Origin: Pelagibacterales bacterium SAG-MED20
Lineage (GTDB): Bacteria > Pseudomonadota > Alphaproteobacteria > Pelagibacterales > Pelagibacteraceae
Length of the DNA stretch: 64,000 nucleotides
Direction: 5' to 3'
Assembly: GCA_014653975.1 (NCBI GenBank)
Contig: JACWDR010000002.1
Location: 1,887-65,886 of the forward strand
The notes below the pieces were generated by a model. It made no database searches. It was given only the letters and a program-made list of their open reading frames with translations, and was not told where the DNA came from. A program made the translations under genes and the position numbers. Each line of letters begins with the position of its first letter. Within the stretch, counting starts at the first letter, position 1. This document shows, one piece after another, positions 40,524-50,016 of this stretch.

Positions 40524-42746
40524 ATGAAAATTAAAAAAGTAGTAGTTATTGGATCAGGAACAATGGGAAGCGGAATTGCTGCCCATTTATGCAATGCTAA
40601 TATTCCAGTAACCTTATTAGATTTAAAAACAGAAATAAGCGAACAAGCAAGAGATAAAATCTACAAATCAAAACCTCCACTTTTATTAGACAAATCAAAA
40701 ATAAATAATATTAAAGTAGGAAATATTGTAGACAATTTTAAAGAAGTTTCAGAAGCTGACTGGGTAGTAGAGGCTGTCGTTGAAAGAATAGATATCAAAC
40801 ACAATATTTATGAAAAAATATTTAAAGAGAGAAAAAAAGGTGCAATAGTTTCATCCAACACGTCATCGATTCCAATTAAAGTTTTATCTCAAAATTTATC
40901 AGAACAAGAAAAAAAAGACTTTTGTATTACTCACTTTTTTAATCCAGTAAGATACATGGGTCTTTTAGAGATAGTTAAAAATGAAAATAACGATATTGAA
41001 AAAATAAATTCTCTTAAAAATTTTTGTGAAGTTGAATTAGGAAAGGGTGCAATTGTATGTAATGATACGCCAGGATTTTTAGGTAATAGAATAGGTGTTT
41101 ACGCCATGCAAGTTGCTATGACAGAGGCTTTTAAAATGAAATTATCTGTTGAAGAAGCAGATGCAATATTTGGAAGACCAATGGGGATACCCAAAACTGG
41201 CATATTTGGATTGTATGATTTAATAGGTATAGACCTTATGGCTGATGTTTTAAAAAGTTTTATTAAAGAGTTGCCAGAGACTGATAAATTTCATGAAGTT
41301 GCAAAAGAAATTTCTTTAGTAAAGAAATTAATTGAAACAGGATATACTGGTAGAAAAGGTAAGGGTGGATTCTATAGAGTTAATAAAACTGATGGTAAGA
41401 AAATTATGGAAACATTAAATCTTGAATCAGGAGAATATTTTCCAAGTAAAAAAATTAATGTTAATTCCGAAAAAGTAAATCTTAAAGCTTTAATAAATAG
41501 AGATGATAAATACGGACAGTATGCATGGTCAGTTATTTCAAAAATAATTAAATACGCATCATCTTTGGTTCCTAACATTACAAAAGAATTTAATGATATA
41601 GATGAAGCAATGAGATTAGGTTTTAATTGGAATAAAGGTCCTTTTGAAATGTTAGAAGAAATAGGTGTTAAAAACTTCTTTGATAAAGTTGATGAATATA
41701 AAGGTAATGACTTTTTAAATAATTTAGCAAAAACAAAAAATGAAAAGTTCTATGGTGAAAGACAAAAATATACTGAAATTGAAACATTAGGGAAAGTAAA
41801 GAAAAAAGCCAAAAGTATTGATGGAAATAATTCAGCACAAATTTATAGATTTAAAGATTATAATATTGTTGAATTTACTACAAAAGCTAATGCATTAGAC
41901 TATGACTCGATGGATGCTTTAAAAAAAGCAACTGATAAACCATTAATTATTATCAATGAAAGTATGCAATTTTCTGCGGGTGTAAATTTAAGTTATACCA
42001 TGGAATTCGCAGATAAGAATGATTTCAAATCAATTGAGAAATTTATTAAATACTTTCAAGAGACATGTAAACATTTGAAATATTCGAGACACCCAGTAAT
42101 TTCTGCTCCATCTGGCTTAACTCTTGGAGGTGGTTTTGAAGTGATGGTTCAAAGTAACTTTGTTGCTTCACACACAAATATTGTAGTTGGACTAGTAGAA
42201 ACTATAGTTGGTTTAATTCCTGCTGGGGGAGGATGTAAAGAAATGCTAGCAAGGTGGCTTGATACTGAAGAAGCCAAAAAAGATCCACATTATGCTTCGT
42301 TAAAGGTTTTTGATATCATTGGATATGGAAAAACCGCAACCTCACCAGTTGAAGCAGAACCAATGAAATATTTAAAAGCAGAAGATAAAAAAATAATGAA
42401 TAGAAATAGCTTATTAGAAGTTTCTAAAAAAATTCTTTTAGATAATAAAAATTTTAAAGCCCCTGATGAATTGAAATTTAATCTTCCTGGAAAAGTAGTG
42501 CAAACAGAAATGAATAAAATTATAGAAAAATTATATAATGACAGAGTTATTTTAGACCATGGTGTAGAAGTAGCAAAAGAATTAGCATATGTTTTAAGTG
42601 GCGGTGATACCACAATAGATAAAACATTATCAGAAGATTATCTTTTTAAACTAGAACTAGAAGCCTTTATGAAACTGATCGAGACAAAAAAAACACAGGA
42701 AAGAATAAAACACACTTTAGCAACTGGTAAACCACTAATTAATTAA
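40524..42746 (+). CDS. 3-hydroxyacyl-CoA dehydrogenase / enoyl-CoA hydratase fusion (FadN-type architecture)
   Basis: GSGTMGSG, EAVVE, SSNTS, HFFNP N-terminal domain; FSAG and LGGGFE crotonase C-terminal domain. Confidence 0.92.
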   Translation: MKIKKVVVIGSGTMGSGIAAHLCNANIPVTLLDLKTEISEQARDKIYKSKPPLLLDKSKINNIKVGNIVDNFKEVSEADWVVEAVVERIDIKHNIYEKIFKERKKGAIVSSNTSSIPIKVLSQNLSEQEKKDFCITHFFNPVRYMGLLEIVKNENNDIEKINSLKNFCEVELGKGAIVCNDTPGFLGNRIGVYAMQVAMTEAFKMKLSVEEADAIFGRPMGIPKTGIFGLYDLIGIDLMADVLKSFIKELPETDKFHEVAKEISLVKKLIETGYTGRKGKGGFYRVNKTDGKKIMETLNLESGEYFPSKKINVNSEKVNLKALINRDDKYGQYAWSVISKIIKYASSLVPNITKEFNDIDEAMRLGFNWNKGPFEMLEEIGVKNFFDKVDEYKGNDFLNNLAKTKNEKFYGERQKYTEIETLGKVKKKAKSIDGNNSAQIYRFKDYNIVEFTTKANALDYDSMDALKKATDKPLIIINESMQFSAGVNLSYTMEFADKNDFKSIEKFIKYFQETCKHLKYSRHPVISAPSGLTLGGGFEVMVQSNFVASHTNIVVGLVETIVGLIPAGGGCKEMLARWLDTEEAKKDPHYASLKVFDIIGYGKTATSPVEAEPMKYLKAEDKKIMNRNSLLEVSKKILLDNKNFKAPDELKFNLPGKVVQTEMNKIIEKLYNDRVILDHGVEVAKELAYVLSGGDTTIDKTLSEDYLFKLELEAFMKLIETKKTQERIKHTLATGKPLIN

Positions 42747-42752
42747 ATTTAA

Positions 42753-43892
42753 CTAATGTGTGTCATCATCTGACAAAACTTTTTTATCTTCTTGATTATT
42801 AGTATTTTCTCTCTCTTCAAATTTTTTTATTAATTCTTCTTCTTTTCTTTTTTGCTCCTCATCAAATTTGATTTCCCATTCTTTTATTCTTTGATTCTCC
42901 TCCTCAATTCTCATTTCTTCAGCTATTCTAGCTTCTCTCTGTTTTTCTTCTTGTCGCTCTTGGTCTTTAAGTTCTTCTTCCCTTTTTTTTAGTTCTGCTT
43001 CTCTTTTTTTATGTTGTTCTTCTTTTAATTTTAAATCTCTTAGTTCCTCAATTTCTTTTTTTTCTTTTAATCTAAATTCTTCTTCTTTTTGCCTTAATTC
43101 TTCAGCTTCCCTTAATCTTTGAATTTCATTCTCTCTTAGTCTTTGAGCCTCAAGATCTTTTATTCTTTGTTCTGCTTCCTTTAGTTTTTGTTCTTGGTAC
43201 TGTAGTTTTCGTTCTTCTTCATCTAGTCTATACTGCTCTTCTTTTTTCTTATTAATCTCTATATCCTTTAATCTTTCCTGTTCATTTTTTACCCTTTTTT
43301 TTTCTTCTTCAACTTTTTGTTTTTCAATATCTTTTAATTTTTCTTCTTCTTCTTTTGCTTTTAATTTTTCTTGTCTTAATCTTTGTTTTTCTAAAAATTC
43401 TAATCTTAATTTTTCTTCTTTTAACTTTAAATCATCTTCCCTTATTTTTTTTTCTTCTTCATCTTTTATTTTTTGTTCTTCAGCTTTTAATCTTTGTGTT
43501 TCAATCTTAATTTTTTGTTTCTCAATTTGTTGTTGTTGTTTTTCAATTTTAATTTTTTGTTTTTCTTGATTTATAAGCCTTTGTTTTTCCTCTTTTAATT
43601 TTAGTATTTGTTCTTTTTTAATTTGTCTTGCTTCTTCAGCTTTTATTTTTTTTTGTTCTAACTTTTCTTTTTTTGCTTCTTTAATTTTTTCTTTTTTTAA
43701 AGATTTAATTTTATTTATTTCAGCCTGTTTAATTTTTTCTTTGAAACTATCTAATGTCTTATTTAATGAAAAGGATGTTATTTTTTTAAATTTATCTAGG
43801 TTTATTTTTTTTAAAATTTTTAAAGGTTGCTTAATAATTTTTTTATTACTAAATTTTAATATTTTAAGTTCGCTATCTTTTTTTTTATTCAC
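42753..43892 (-). CDS. Long charged (E/K/Q/R-rich) helical protein of unknown function
   Basis: 379-aa open frame, about 300 aa of E/K/R/Q helical sequence, no TM segment; GTG start uncertain. Confidence 0.8.
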   Translation of the reverse strand: MNKKKDSELKILKFSNKKIIKQPLKILKKINLDKFKKITSFSLNKTLDSFKEKIKQAEINKIKSLKKEKIKEAKKEKLEQKKIKAEEARQIKKEQILKLKEEKQRLINQEKQKIKIEKQQQQIEKQKIKIETQRLKAEEQKIKDEEEKKIREDDLKLKEEKLRLEFLEKQRLRQEKLKAKEEEEKLKDIEKQKVEEEKKRVKNEQERLKDIEINKKKEEQYRLDEEERKLQYQEQKLKEAEQRIKDLEAQRLRENEIQRLREAEELRQKEEEFRLKEKKEIEELRDLKLKEEQHKKREAELKKREEELKDQERQEEKQREARIAEEMRIEEENQRIKEWEIKFDEEQKRKEEELIKKFEERENTNNQEDKKVLSDDDTH

Positions 43893-43971
43893 TCCTCATT
43901 TCATCAAAATTTAATTAATAAGAACAGTCAATGACTGCCTAAAATGGGTACAACCTAGAGTTTAATGTCTT

Positions 43972-44616
43972 TTATTTAAGCATTTTAAACGAATTTATAA
44001 AATCTGGCCTTAATATGTTTTCTGAATGTCTCTGATGTTTTATTTTTTTTAAAACCTCTAAACCATAAATAACTTTACCTACGGGAGTATATTCTCCTTC
44101 AAATAAAGGTTCATCTTGTAAAATTATAAAAAATTGACTGTCTTCAGTATCGTTATGAAATGTTCGTGCTAAACCGACGCTTCCTGCAACATATCTAAAA
44201 TCACTATCTGTTTCTGATTTAATAGTACCCAATCCTGATTTACCAGTACCTATTTTTGCATAATTTAATGACTCTTTTTTTCCAAACTCTAAGTCACCAG
44301 ACTGAACAAGTTTATTTTCTATTACCCTGTGAAAAGCTACATCTTCATACGCATTGGATAATATTAGAGTTTTAAATCTTTTAACTGCATTAGGAGAAAT
44401 ATTTGGATAAAGTTCTATAATTACGTTACCACAAGGTACATTTAATATAGCAATGTTTTCTGGGTTTTGAAAATTAATATTTTCAGGCTTATAATTTTTA
44501 ACAAATAGACATTTATTTTTAATTACAAAATATGAAAAAATCGTAAGAGATCCTAGAAAAATTAAAAATATAAAAATAATTTTTTCAGAAGTAGAAGCTT
44601 TAATTTTTTTTATCAT
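43972..44616 (-). CDS. Membrane-anchored cyclophilin-type peptidyl-prolyl isomerase
   Basis: FHRVI, QSGD, GLAR, SQFFI; N-terminal TM helix. Confidence 0.88.
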   Translation of the reverse strand: MIKKIKASTSEKIIFIFLIFLGSLTIFSYFVIKNKCLFVKNYKPENINFQNPENIAILNVPCGNVIIELYPNISPNAVKRFKTLILSNAYEDVAFHRVIENKLVQSGDLEFGKKESLNYAKIGTGKSGLGTIKSETDSDFRYVAGSVGLARTFHNDTEDSQFFIILQDEPLFEGEYTPVGKVIYGLEVLKKIKHQRHSENILRPDFINSFKMLK

Positions 44617-45354
44617 TTAAAAACTAAAAGAATTATCAATTAATTTAATCTTCTTTTCAATGTAAGAAATTTTTTTTTTCAAAATTTTATCTGAATTACG
44701 GATTTGTTTAATTTCTTCTGGATCTAAGAATATTAAATGTGAATAAACCTCTGCCATGTCCTCAGAAACTGTAGATTTTGAATACTCAGTAAAAAAGCCA
44801 TTCTTTTTTGTATAAGTGTTTAATCCTAATTTTTCTGTACACGTGGAGCATTCAGCATATACAAAATTAGGAGTATTAATTTCTTTCCAATTATTTTCAT
44901 TGAAAAGTTCTCTATACTGATCATTGATAATATGAAATATTTCATGATGAATTACCCTTTCAAAATATTTTTTATTAAATTCTATATCCAATATAAGTGT
45001 TTTCATTACATTATCAGGTATACCTGCAGTATTAATTCCAGAAATAGATAAATTTTCACACATAACAATATATTTTAGATTTATTTTTTTTAGAAAACTA
45101 TGTGAATATTTTTTTAAGTTTCTTTCAATTACTTGATATTTTTCATCATAATTTTTTTTGTTAGAGCTTAAGCAAATGATATTTTTTTGGACACCTAGTC
45201 TAAATGAACTAGCCGCATAAAAATATTTAAGTTTATTTTCTGTGTTAATTTCATAAATTTCTAGGTTGGGAATTTTTATTAAATTATAGATAGTATTGGC
45301 TTTAAGTGGAGATATTAAAATAAAAAATAGCAAAATAACTCTAAAAATGATCAT
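44617..45354 (-). CDS. Exported putative zinc metallopeptidase
   Basis: Signal peptide, HEIFH (HExxH), downstream YS...SEDMAE third-ligand motif. Confidence 0.75.
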   Translation of the reverse strand: MIIFRVILLFFILISPLKANTIYNLIKIPNLEIYEINTENKLKYFYAASSFRLGVQKNIICLSSNKKNYDEKYQVIERNLKKYSHSFLKKINLKYIVMCENLSISGINTAGIPDNVMKTLILDIEFNKKYFERVIHHEIFHIINDQYRELFNENNWKEINTPNFVYAECSTCTEKLGLNTYTKKNGFFTEYSKSTVSEDMAEVYSHLIFLDPEEIKQIRNSDKILKKKISYIEKKIKLIDNSFSF

Positions 45355-45411
45355 AAAAAATAATATAGAAGATATTCCAATTTTAAAGAATGTGGTACAT
45401 TTTATTTATAA

Positions 45412-46371
45412 ATGAAAAAAGATAAAAATAAAGACCCAATCCAGCCAGTAAGTGGAACTAAAGTGCCCAGATTTGCAGGACCATCAACATTTGCAAGACT
45501 GCCTGAATTAAGAGATGTTAAAAGCTGTGATGTTGCTATTGTCGGAATTCCATTTGATGCTGGAACAAGCTATAGACCTGGGGCAAGATTTGGCCCAATG
45601 AGCATTAGACAAGCATCAAGACACTTACGAACAAATTACCACCCAAGTTATGATGTTGAACCTTTTAAAATACAACAAGTTGCTGATGCTGGTGATATCA
45701 CCTGTAATCCATTCAGTATTGATGAGTCGATAAAGCAAATCGAAGCTGGAGCAACAGACTTGCTGAATAAAGCTAGTGGTATTATTAGTTTAGGCGGCGA
45801 CCATACAATTGCAGTTCCCTTATTAAGGGCAATCAATAAAAAATGTAATGGCCCAGTTGCTCTCGTACATTTTGATGCACATTTAGATACTTGGGACACT
45901 TATTTTGGTGCCCCATATACACATGGAACACCTTTTAGAAGAGCCAGAGAAGAAGGTTTATTTTTAGATGACGCTTCAATGCATGTTGGTATTAGAGGCC
46001 CACTCTATAGTAGAGATGATATTAAAAATGATGAAAGTTTTGGTTTTAAAATAATACATTGTGATGAATTTCAAACAGAAGGCACAGATAAAATAGCTGA
46101 AAGAATAAAAAAAAGAGTTGGAAAGAATCCTCTTTACTTATCAATAGACATTGATGTGCTAGACCCAGCTTTTGCTCCTGGAACAGGAACTCCAGAAATC
46201 GCAGGTATGACTACAAGAGAAATGGTCAATGTTTTAAGAGGACTATCAGGTTTAAACCTTGTTTCTGCTGATGTAGTTGAGGTTTCACCTGCCTATGATC
46301 ATGCTGAAGTTACTTCATTAGCTGCAGCCACAATTGTTTACGAACTAACAAATCTATTTGCAAAATCATAA
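45412..46371 (+). CDS. speB: Ureohydrolase (agmatinase/guanidinobutyrase family)
   Basis: GGDH, DAHLD, HGTPF, SIDIDVLDPAFAPGTGTPE. Confidence 0.88.
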   Translation: MKKDKNKDPIQPVSGTKVPRFAGPSTFARLPELRDVKSCDVAIVGIPFDAGTSYRPGARFGPMSIRQASRHLRTNYHPSYDVEPFKIQQVADAGDITCNPFSIDESIKQIEAGATDLLNKASGIISLGGDHTIAVPLLRAINKKCNGPVALVHFDAHLDTWDTYFGAPYTHGTPFRRAREEGLFLDDASMHVGIRGPLYSRDDIKNDESFGFKIIHCDEFQTEGTDKIAERIKKRVGKNPLYLSIDIDVLDPAFAPGTGTPEIAGMTTREMVNVLRGLSGLNLVSADVVEVSPAYDHAEVTSLAAATIVYELTNLFAKS

Positions 46372-46391
46372 AGAAAGGATATTTTCTCCAG

Positions 46392-47828
46392 ATGTTAGAT
46401 AAGAAAAAATTTTATATCAATGGTGAATGGGTTTCTCCAAGAAAACCTAATGACTTAAAAGTAATAGACCCTTCATCAGAAAAAGAATGTGCGGTTATAT
46501 CTTTGGGTGGAATAGAAGATGTAAATGATGCAGTAAGTGCAGCAGCAAAAGCTTTTGAAACTTGGGCATTTTCTTTAAAAGAAGAAAGATTGAAATATCT
46601 TGAAGCTTTATATGATCTTTATAAAAAGAGATGGGCAGATATGGCTAACGCCATTTCTCTTGAAATGGGAGCACCTATTGATTTTTCGACACAGTTACAA
46701 GCAGGAACTGGGGCTAGTCATATAAAATCTTATATAAAAGTTTTAAAAGAATATTCATTTGAAGCAAAGCTAGGAGAACACGCTCTTAATAACAATATTT
46801 TACATGAACCTAAAGGAGTTTGTGCATTAATTACTCCATGGAACTGGCCAATGAATCAAACTTGCTTGAAAGTAATACCAGCCATTGCAGCAGGATGTAC
46901 AATGATACTTAAACCATCTGAGATAGCTCCATTATCATCAATAATTTTAGCAGAGATTATCGATGAAATTAAACTACCAAAAGGTGTATTCAACTTAGTT
47001 AATGGAGACGGGGCTGTTACTGGAAATGCATTAACAAGCCATCCAGATGTAAACATGATTTCGTTCACGGGATCAACTAGAGCAGGTGCTTTAATTTCTC
47101 AAAATGCAGCAAGTGATTTCAAGAGAGTCAGTCTTGAACTTGGTGGAAAAGGAGCAAACATAATATTTAAAGATGCAGATGCAGAAGCTGTTGAAAGAGG
47201 AGCTTTAAGGTGTTTTAGAAATACAGGGCAATCTTGTAATGCACCAACAAGAATGTTGGTTGAAAAATCTATTTATGATGAGACAGTTGAAAGAGTCAAA
47301 AACTTTGCTAATTCAATGAAAGTTGATGTCGCAAGTAAAAAAGGTGATCATATTGGCCCAGTTGTTTCAAAAACTCAGTTTGATAAGATTCAATCTTTAA
47401 TTCAAGTTGGAATTAATGAAGGTGCAAAATTAGTAGCGGGTGGTGTAGGAAAACCAGAAGGTTTAGATAAAGGTTATTTTGTTAAACCTACTGCTTTTGC
47501 TGATGTTAATAATAAAATGCAGATTGCAAGAACTGAAATCTTTGGTCCAGTATTATCAATAATACCTTTTGAAACCGAGGAGGAAGCAATTGCAATTGCT
47601 AATGATACCCCTTATGGCTTATTGAACTTTATTCAAACTCAAGATCAAGCAAAAGCAAATAGAGTTGCTAGAAAATTAAGATCAGGAATGGTTGATATTA
47701 ATGGTGCAGGATTAGCACCTGATGCTCCATTTGGAGGATATAAACATTCTGGTATTGGTCGTGAAGCAGGAAAGCTTGGTTTGGAAGAATACTTGGAAGT
47801 TAAGGCAGTTAGTGGCTGGAACGACTGA
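46392..47828 (+). CDS. NAD-dependent aldehyde dehydrogenase
   Basis: ITPWNWP, FTGS, LELGGK, GQSC, EIFGP. Confidence 0.95.
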   Translation: MLDKKKFYINGEWVSPRKPNDLKVIDPSSEKECAVISLGGIEDVNDAVSAAAKAFETWAFSLKEERLKYLEALYDLYKKRWADMANAISLEMGAPIDFSTQLQAGTGASHIKSYIKVLKEYSFEAKLGEHALNNNILHEPKGVCALITPWNWPMNQTCLKVIPAIAAGCTMILKPSEIAPLSSIILAEIIDEIKLPKGVFNLVNGDGAVTGNALTSHPDVNMISFTGSTRAGALISQNAASDFKRVSLELGGKGANIIFKDADAEAVERGALRCFRNTGQSCNAPTRMLVEKSIYDETVERVKNFANSMKVDVASKKGDHIGPVVSKTQFDKIQSLIQVGINEGAKLVAGGVGKPEGLDKGYFVKPTAFADVNNKMQIARTEIFGPVLSIIPFETEEEAIAIANDTPYGLLNFIQTQDQAKANRVARKLRSGMVDINGAGLAPDAPFGGYKHSGIGREAGKLGLEEYLEVKAVSGWND

Positions 47829-48018
47829 TTTAAAAGATTGGTGTTCATAATAGGTTTTTAATAAGTAAATACACCAGGTATTTATTAACAAATTTGATAG
47901 ACCTGAAATTCTTAAATTTTATTGTTTACACTAGAGTCCTAATCCATAATGTCGCAGTTAGTGTTGCTGTAACTATTGATGGTTAATAAAAGCAACAAAA
48001 CAAATAAGGAGAAGAAAT

Positions 48019-49470
48019 ATGGGTAGATCGTCAAAACTCTACAATTCAGATTTAGCTCCAACTCCAAGTAATAAAAAAAACTGGGGATGGTTTGAAATCT
48101 TTAACGTATGGGCTAATGATGTTCAAAGTTTATTTGGTTATACTTTGGCAGCATCTTTATTTTTAGCCTCTGGACTAAATGGTTGGGCTGTATTTGCTGC
48201 ATTAATTCTTGCAGGATTTTTTATAATGTGGCTTGTAAACTTATCGGGTAAACCGAGTGTAAAACATGGAATTCCATATCCAGTATTTGCCCGTGTTAGT
48301 ATGGGTGTATTTGGAGCAAACTTTCCAGCAATGGCAAGAGGACTTGTTGCAATGTTTTGGTATGGAGCTCAGACTTATGCAGCATCAACCGCAGTAGCAC
48401 TTTTGATTACTGGAATTACTGGTATTGAAGGCGAAGTAATGCTTCTTGGTATGACAGGAGTAATGTGGGTTTCATTTATTTTTGTTTCTGCATTCCAAGT
48501 TTATCTATTTTGGCAAGGTGTAGATCTTGTTAAAAGATTCTTAAACTTTGCAGGACCTGCTGTTTATGTGGTTATGATACTCTTAATGATAGTTATTTGG
48601 GCTAAGGCTGGCGGAGGACTTTTTTCAGAAGTAGGAAATATTTTTTCTGGTGGAGAACGTACAGGTGGTTTTGAAGGTTTAGGATCATTTGGTGCTTTCT
48701 TAGCTGTATTTTCAATTATGGTTGGATATTTTGCTGCAGTAGTGATTAACTTTGGTGACTTTGCTAGATTTGTTAAAAATGAAGATGAAATGAGAAAAGG
48801 TAACCTATGGGGACTAGTAGGAAACGTAATTTTATTCTCTTTTATTACTTTAATGATTACTGGTGGAACAATCGCAATTTTTGGTGAATATGTAGCAAGT
48901 CCAACAGAGATGGTAGCTAAAGTAGACAACTTAGGATTAACAATTATTGCTGCATTTGCATTTTTTGCAGCGACAGTTGGAATTAATATGGTTGCAAACT
49001 TTATACCTCCTGCTTATGACTTAGCAAACTTAATGCCAAGTAAAATCAATTTTAAAATTGGTGGATTAATAACTGCTGGTTTTGGTTTTGTTATAGGTGG
49101 CATGTGGGTTGCTGTTATTACTCAAATGGGTTTATTTCCATTTGTTAATACATTAGGAGCAATTCTTGCACCTGTATTTGGTATAATGATTGTAGATTAT
49201 TACATCATCAAAAAAGAAAAATTAGATGTTGATGCATTATTTGATGCTAGCCCTAGTGGGAAGTATCATTACAATGGTGGCTTTAACCACAAAGGAATGT
49301 TAGCTTGGATATTATCAGGCTACATTGCTGTAGGAACTGTTTGGCCAAATATCTTGATTTTAGGTTTAGATGATTTCTTTGCCAACTTAGGTGGTGGTGG
49401 AGGATACGCTTGGATAATTGGAGCATCTCTTGGTGCTGTAGTTCACTTAGCTATATCTAAAAGAAAATAA
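48019..49470 (+). CDS. NCS1 nucleobase:cation symporter (allantoin-permease-like)
   Basis: LYN.DLAP, GIPYPVFARVSMG, WYGAQT, NFGDFARF, multi-TM; convergent with allantoin catabolic genes. Confidence 0.9.
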   Translation: MGRSSKLYNSDLAPTPSNKKNWGWFEIFNVWANDVQSLFGYTLAASLFLASGLNGWAVFAALILAGFFIMWLVNLSGKPSVKHGIPYPVFARVSMGVFGANFPAMARGLVAMFWYGAQTYAASTAVALLITGITGIEGEVMLLGMTGVMWVSFIFVSAFQVYLFWQGVDLVKRFLNFAGPAVYVVMILLMIVIWAKAGGGLFSEVGNIFSGGERTGGFEGLGSFGAFLAVFSIMVGYFAAVVINFGDFARFVKNEDEMRKGNLWGLVGNVILFSFITLMITGGTIAIFGEYVASPTEMVAKVDNLGLTIIAAFAFFAATVGINMVANFIPPAYDLANLMPSKINFKIGGLITAGFGFVIGGMWVAVITQMGLFPFVNTLGAILAPVFGIMIVDYYIIKKEKLDVDALFDASPSGKYHYNGGFNHKGMLAWILSGYIAVGTVWPNILILGLDDFFANLGGGGGYAWIIGASLGAVVHLAISKRK

Positions 49471-49486
49471 AATAACTCTAAAGTTA

Positions 49487-49520
49487 AAAAAAGACCCGTC
49501 GCATTAGTGCGGCGGGTTTT
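49487..49520. terminator. Bidirectional terminator between NCS1 and allA
   Basis: AAAAAAGACCCGTCGCA-TTAG-TGCGGCGGGTTTT. Confidence 0.85.
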
Positions 49521-50016
49521 AATATTTCAGGGTTATCTCTTCTTTATCTAAGTTTTCAATAACAAGATTATCACCAGAGCCTTTTCTATCTACTACTAAA
49601 AAATTCATATCCTCAGTTGCAATTAGAGGAAAATGCCAAATTCCAGCATTATAATTAACCCCAACTCCTTTTGGAATAATAAAAGCCTCTGCTTTATTTA
49701 AATCAGGTTTAGTACCTTCAGGAGCAACAAAAGCTAAAAACGTAGTTTCTTTCATTGGAATAAAAGCTTGGCTTCCAAGCGGATGTTTTTCCATCATATC
49801 AATCTTCATTGGGAAAGATCTTTTTAAAGCTGAAAAAATGCTAATTATAGACTCTCCATTATCTTTCTTTGTATCTAGGTAAGCAATCCCATCATATCGT
49901 TTTGCATAACCATCATTTATTTCTAAAGGTTTGACATTATCTGTTGTGATCATATCACCAAATTTTTTAAAATTTTCTTTATTAATAGCCTTAGGTTTTA
50001 TTACTAAGCTTCTCAT
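49519..50016 (-). CDS. allA: Ureidoglycolate lyase
   Basis: MEKHPLGSQAF, GVNY..GIWH, FLVVDR. Confidence 0.93.
   Translation of the reverse strand: MRSLVIKPKAINKENFKKFGDMITTDNVKPLEINDGYAKRYDGIAYLDTKKDNGESIISIFSALKRSFPMKIDMMEKHPLGSQAFIPMKETTFLAFVAPEGTKPDLNKAEAFIIPKGVGVNYNAGIWHFPLIATEDMNFLVVDRKGSGDNLVIENLDKEEITLKY

Noticed and set aside
42753-43892. CRISPR array, tandem DNA repeat or TolA
   Set aside because: Low complexity reflects E/K codons in one open frame; no exact repeat-spacer units; no N-terminal TM or tolQR context
47829-47910. Canonical purine riboswitch
   Set aside because: Lacks the conserved junction and loop-loop nucleotides (for example the UUUCUACC core); kept only as an unclassified candidate
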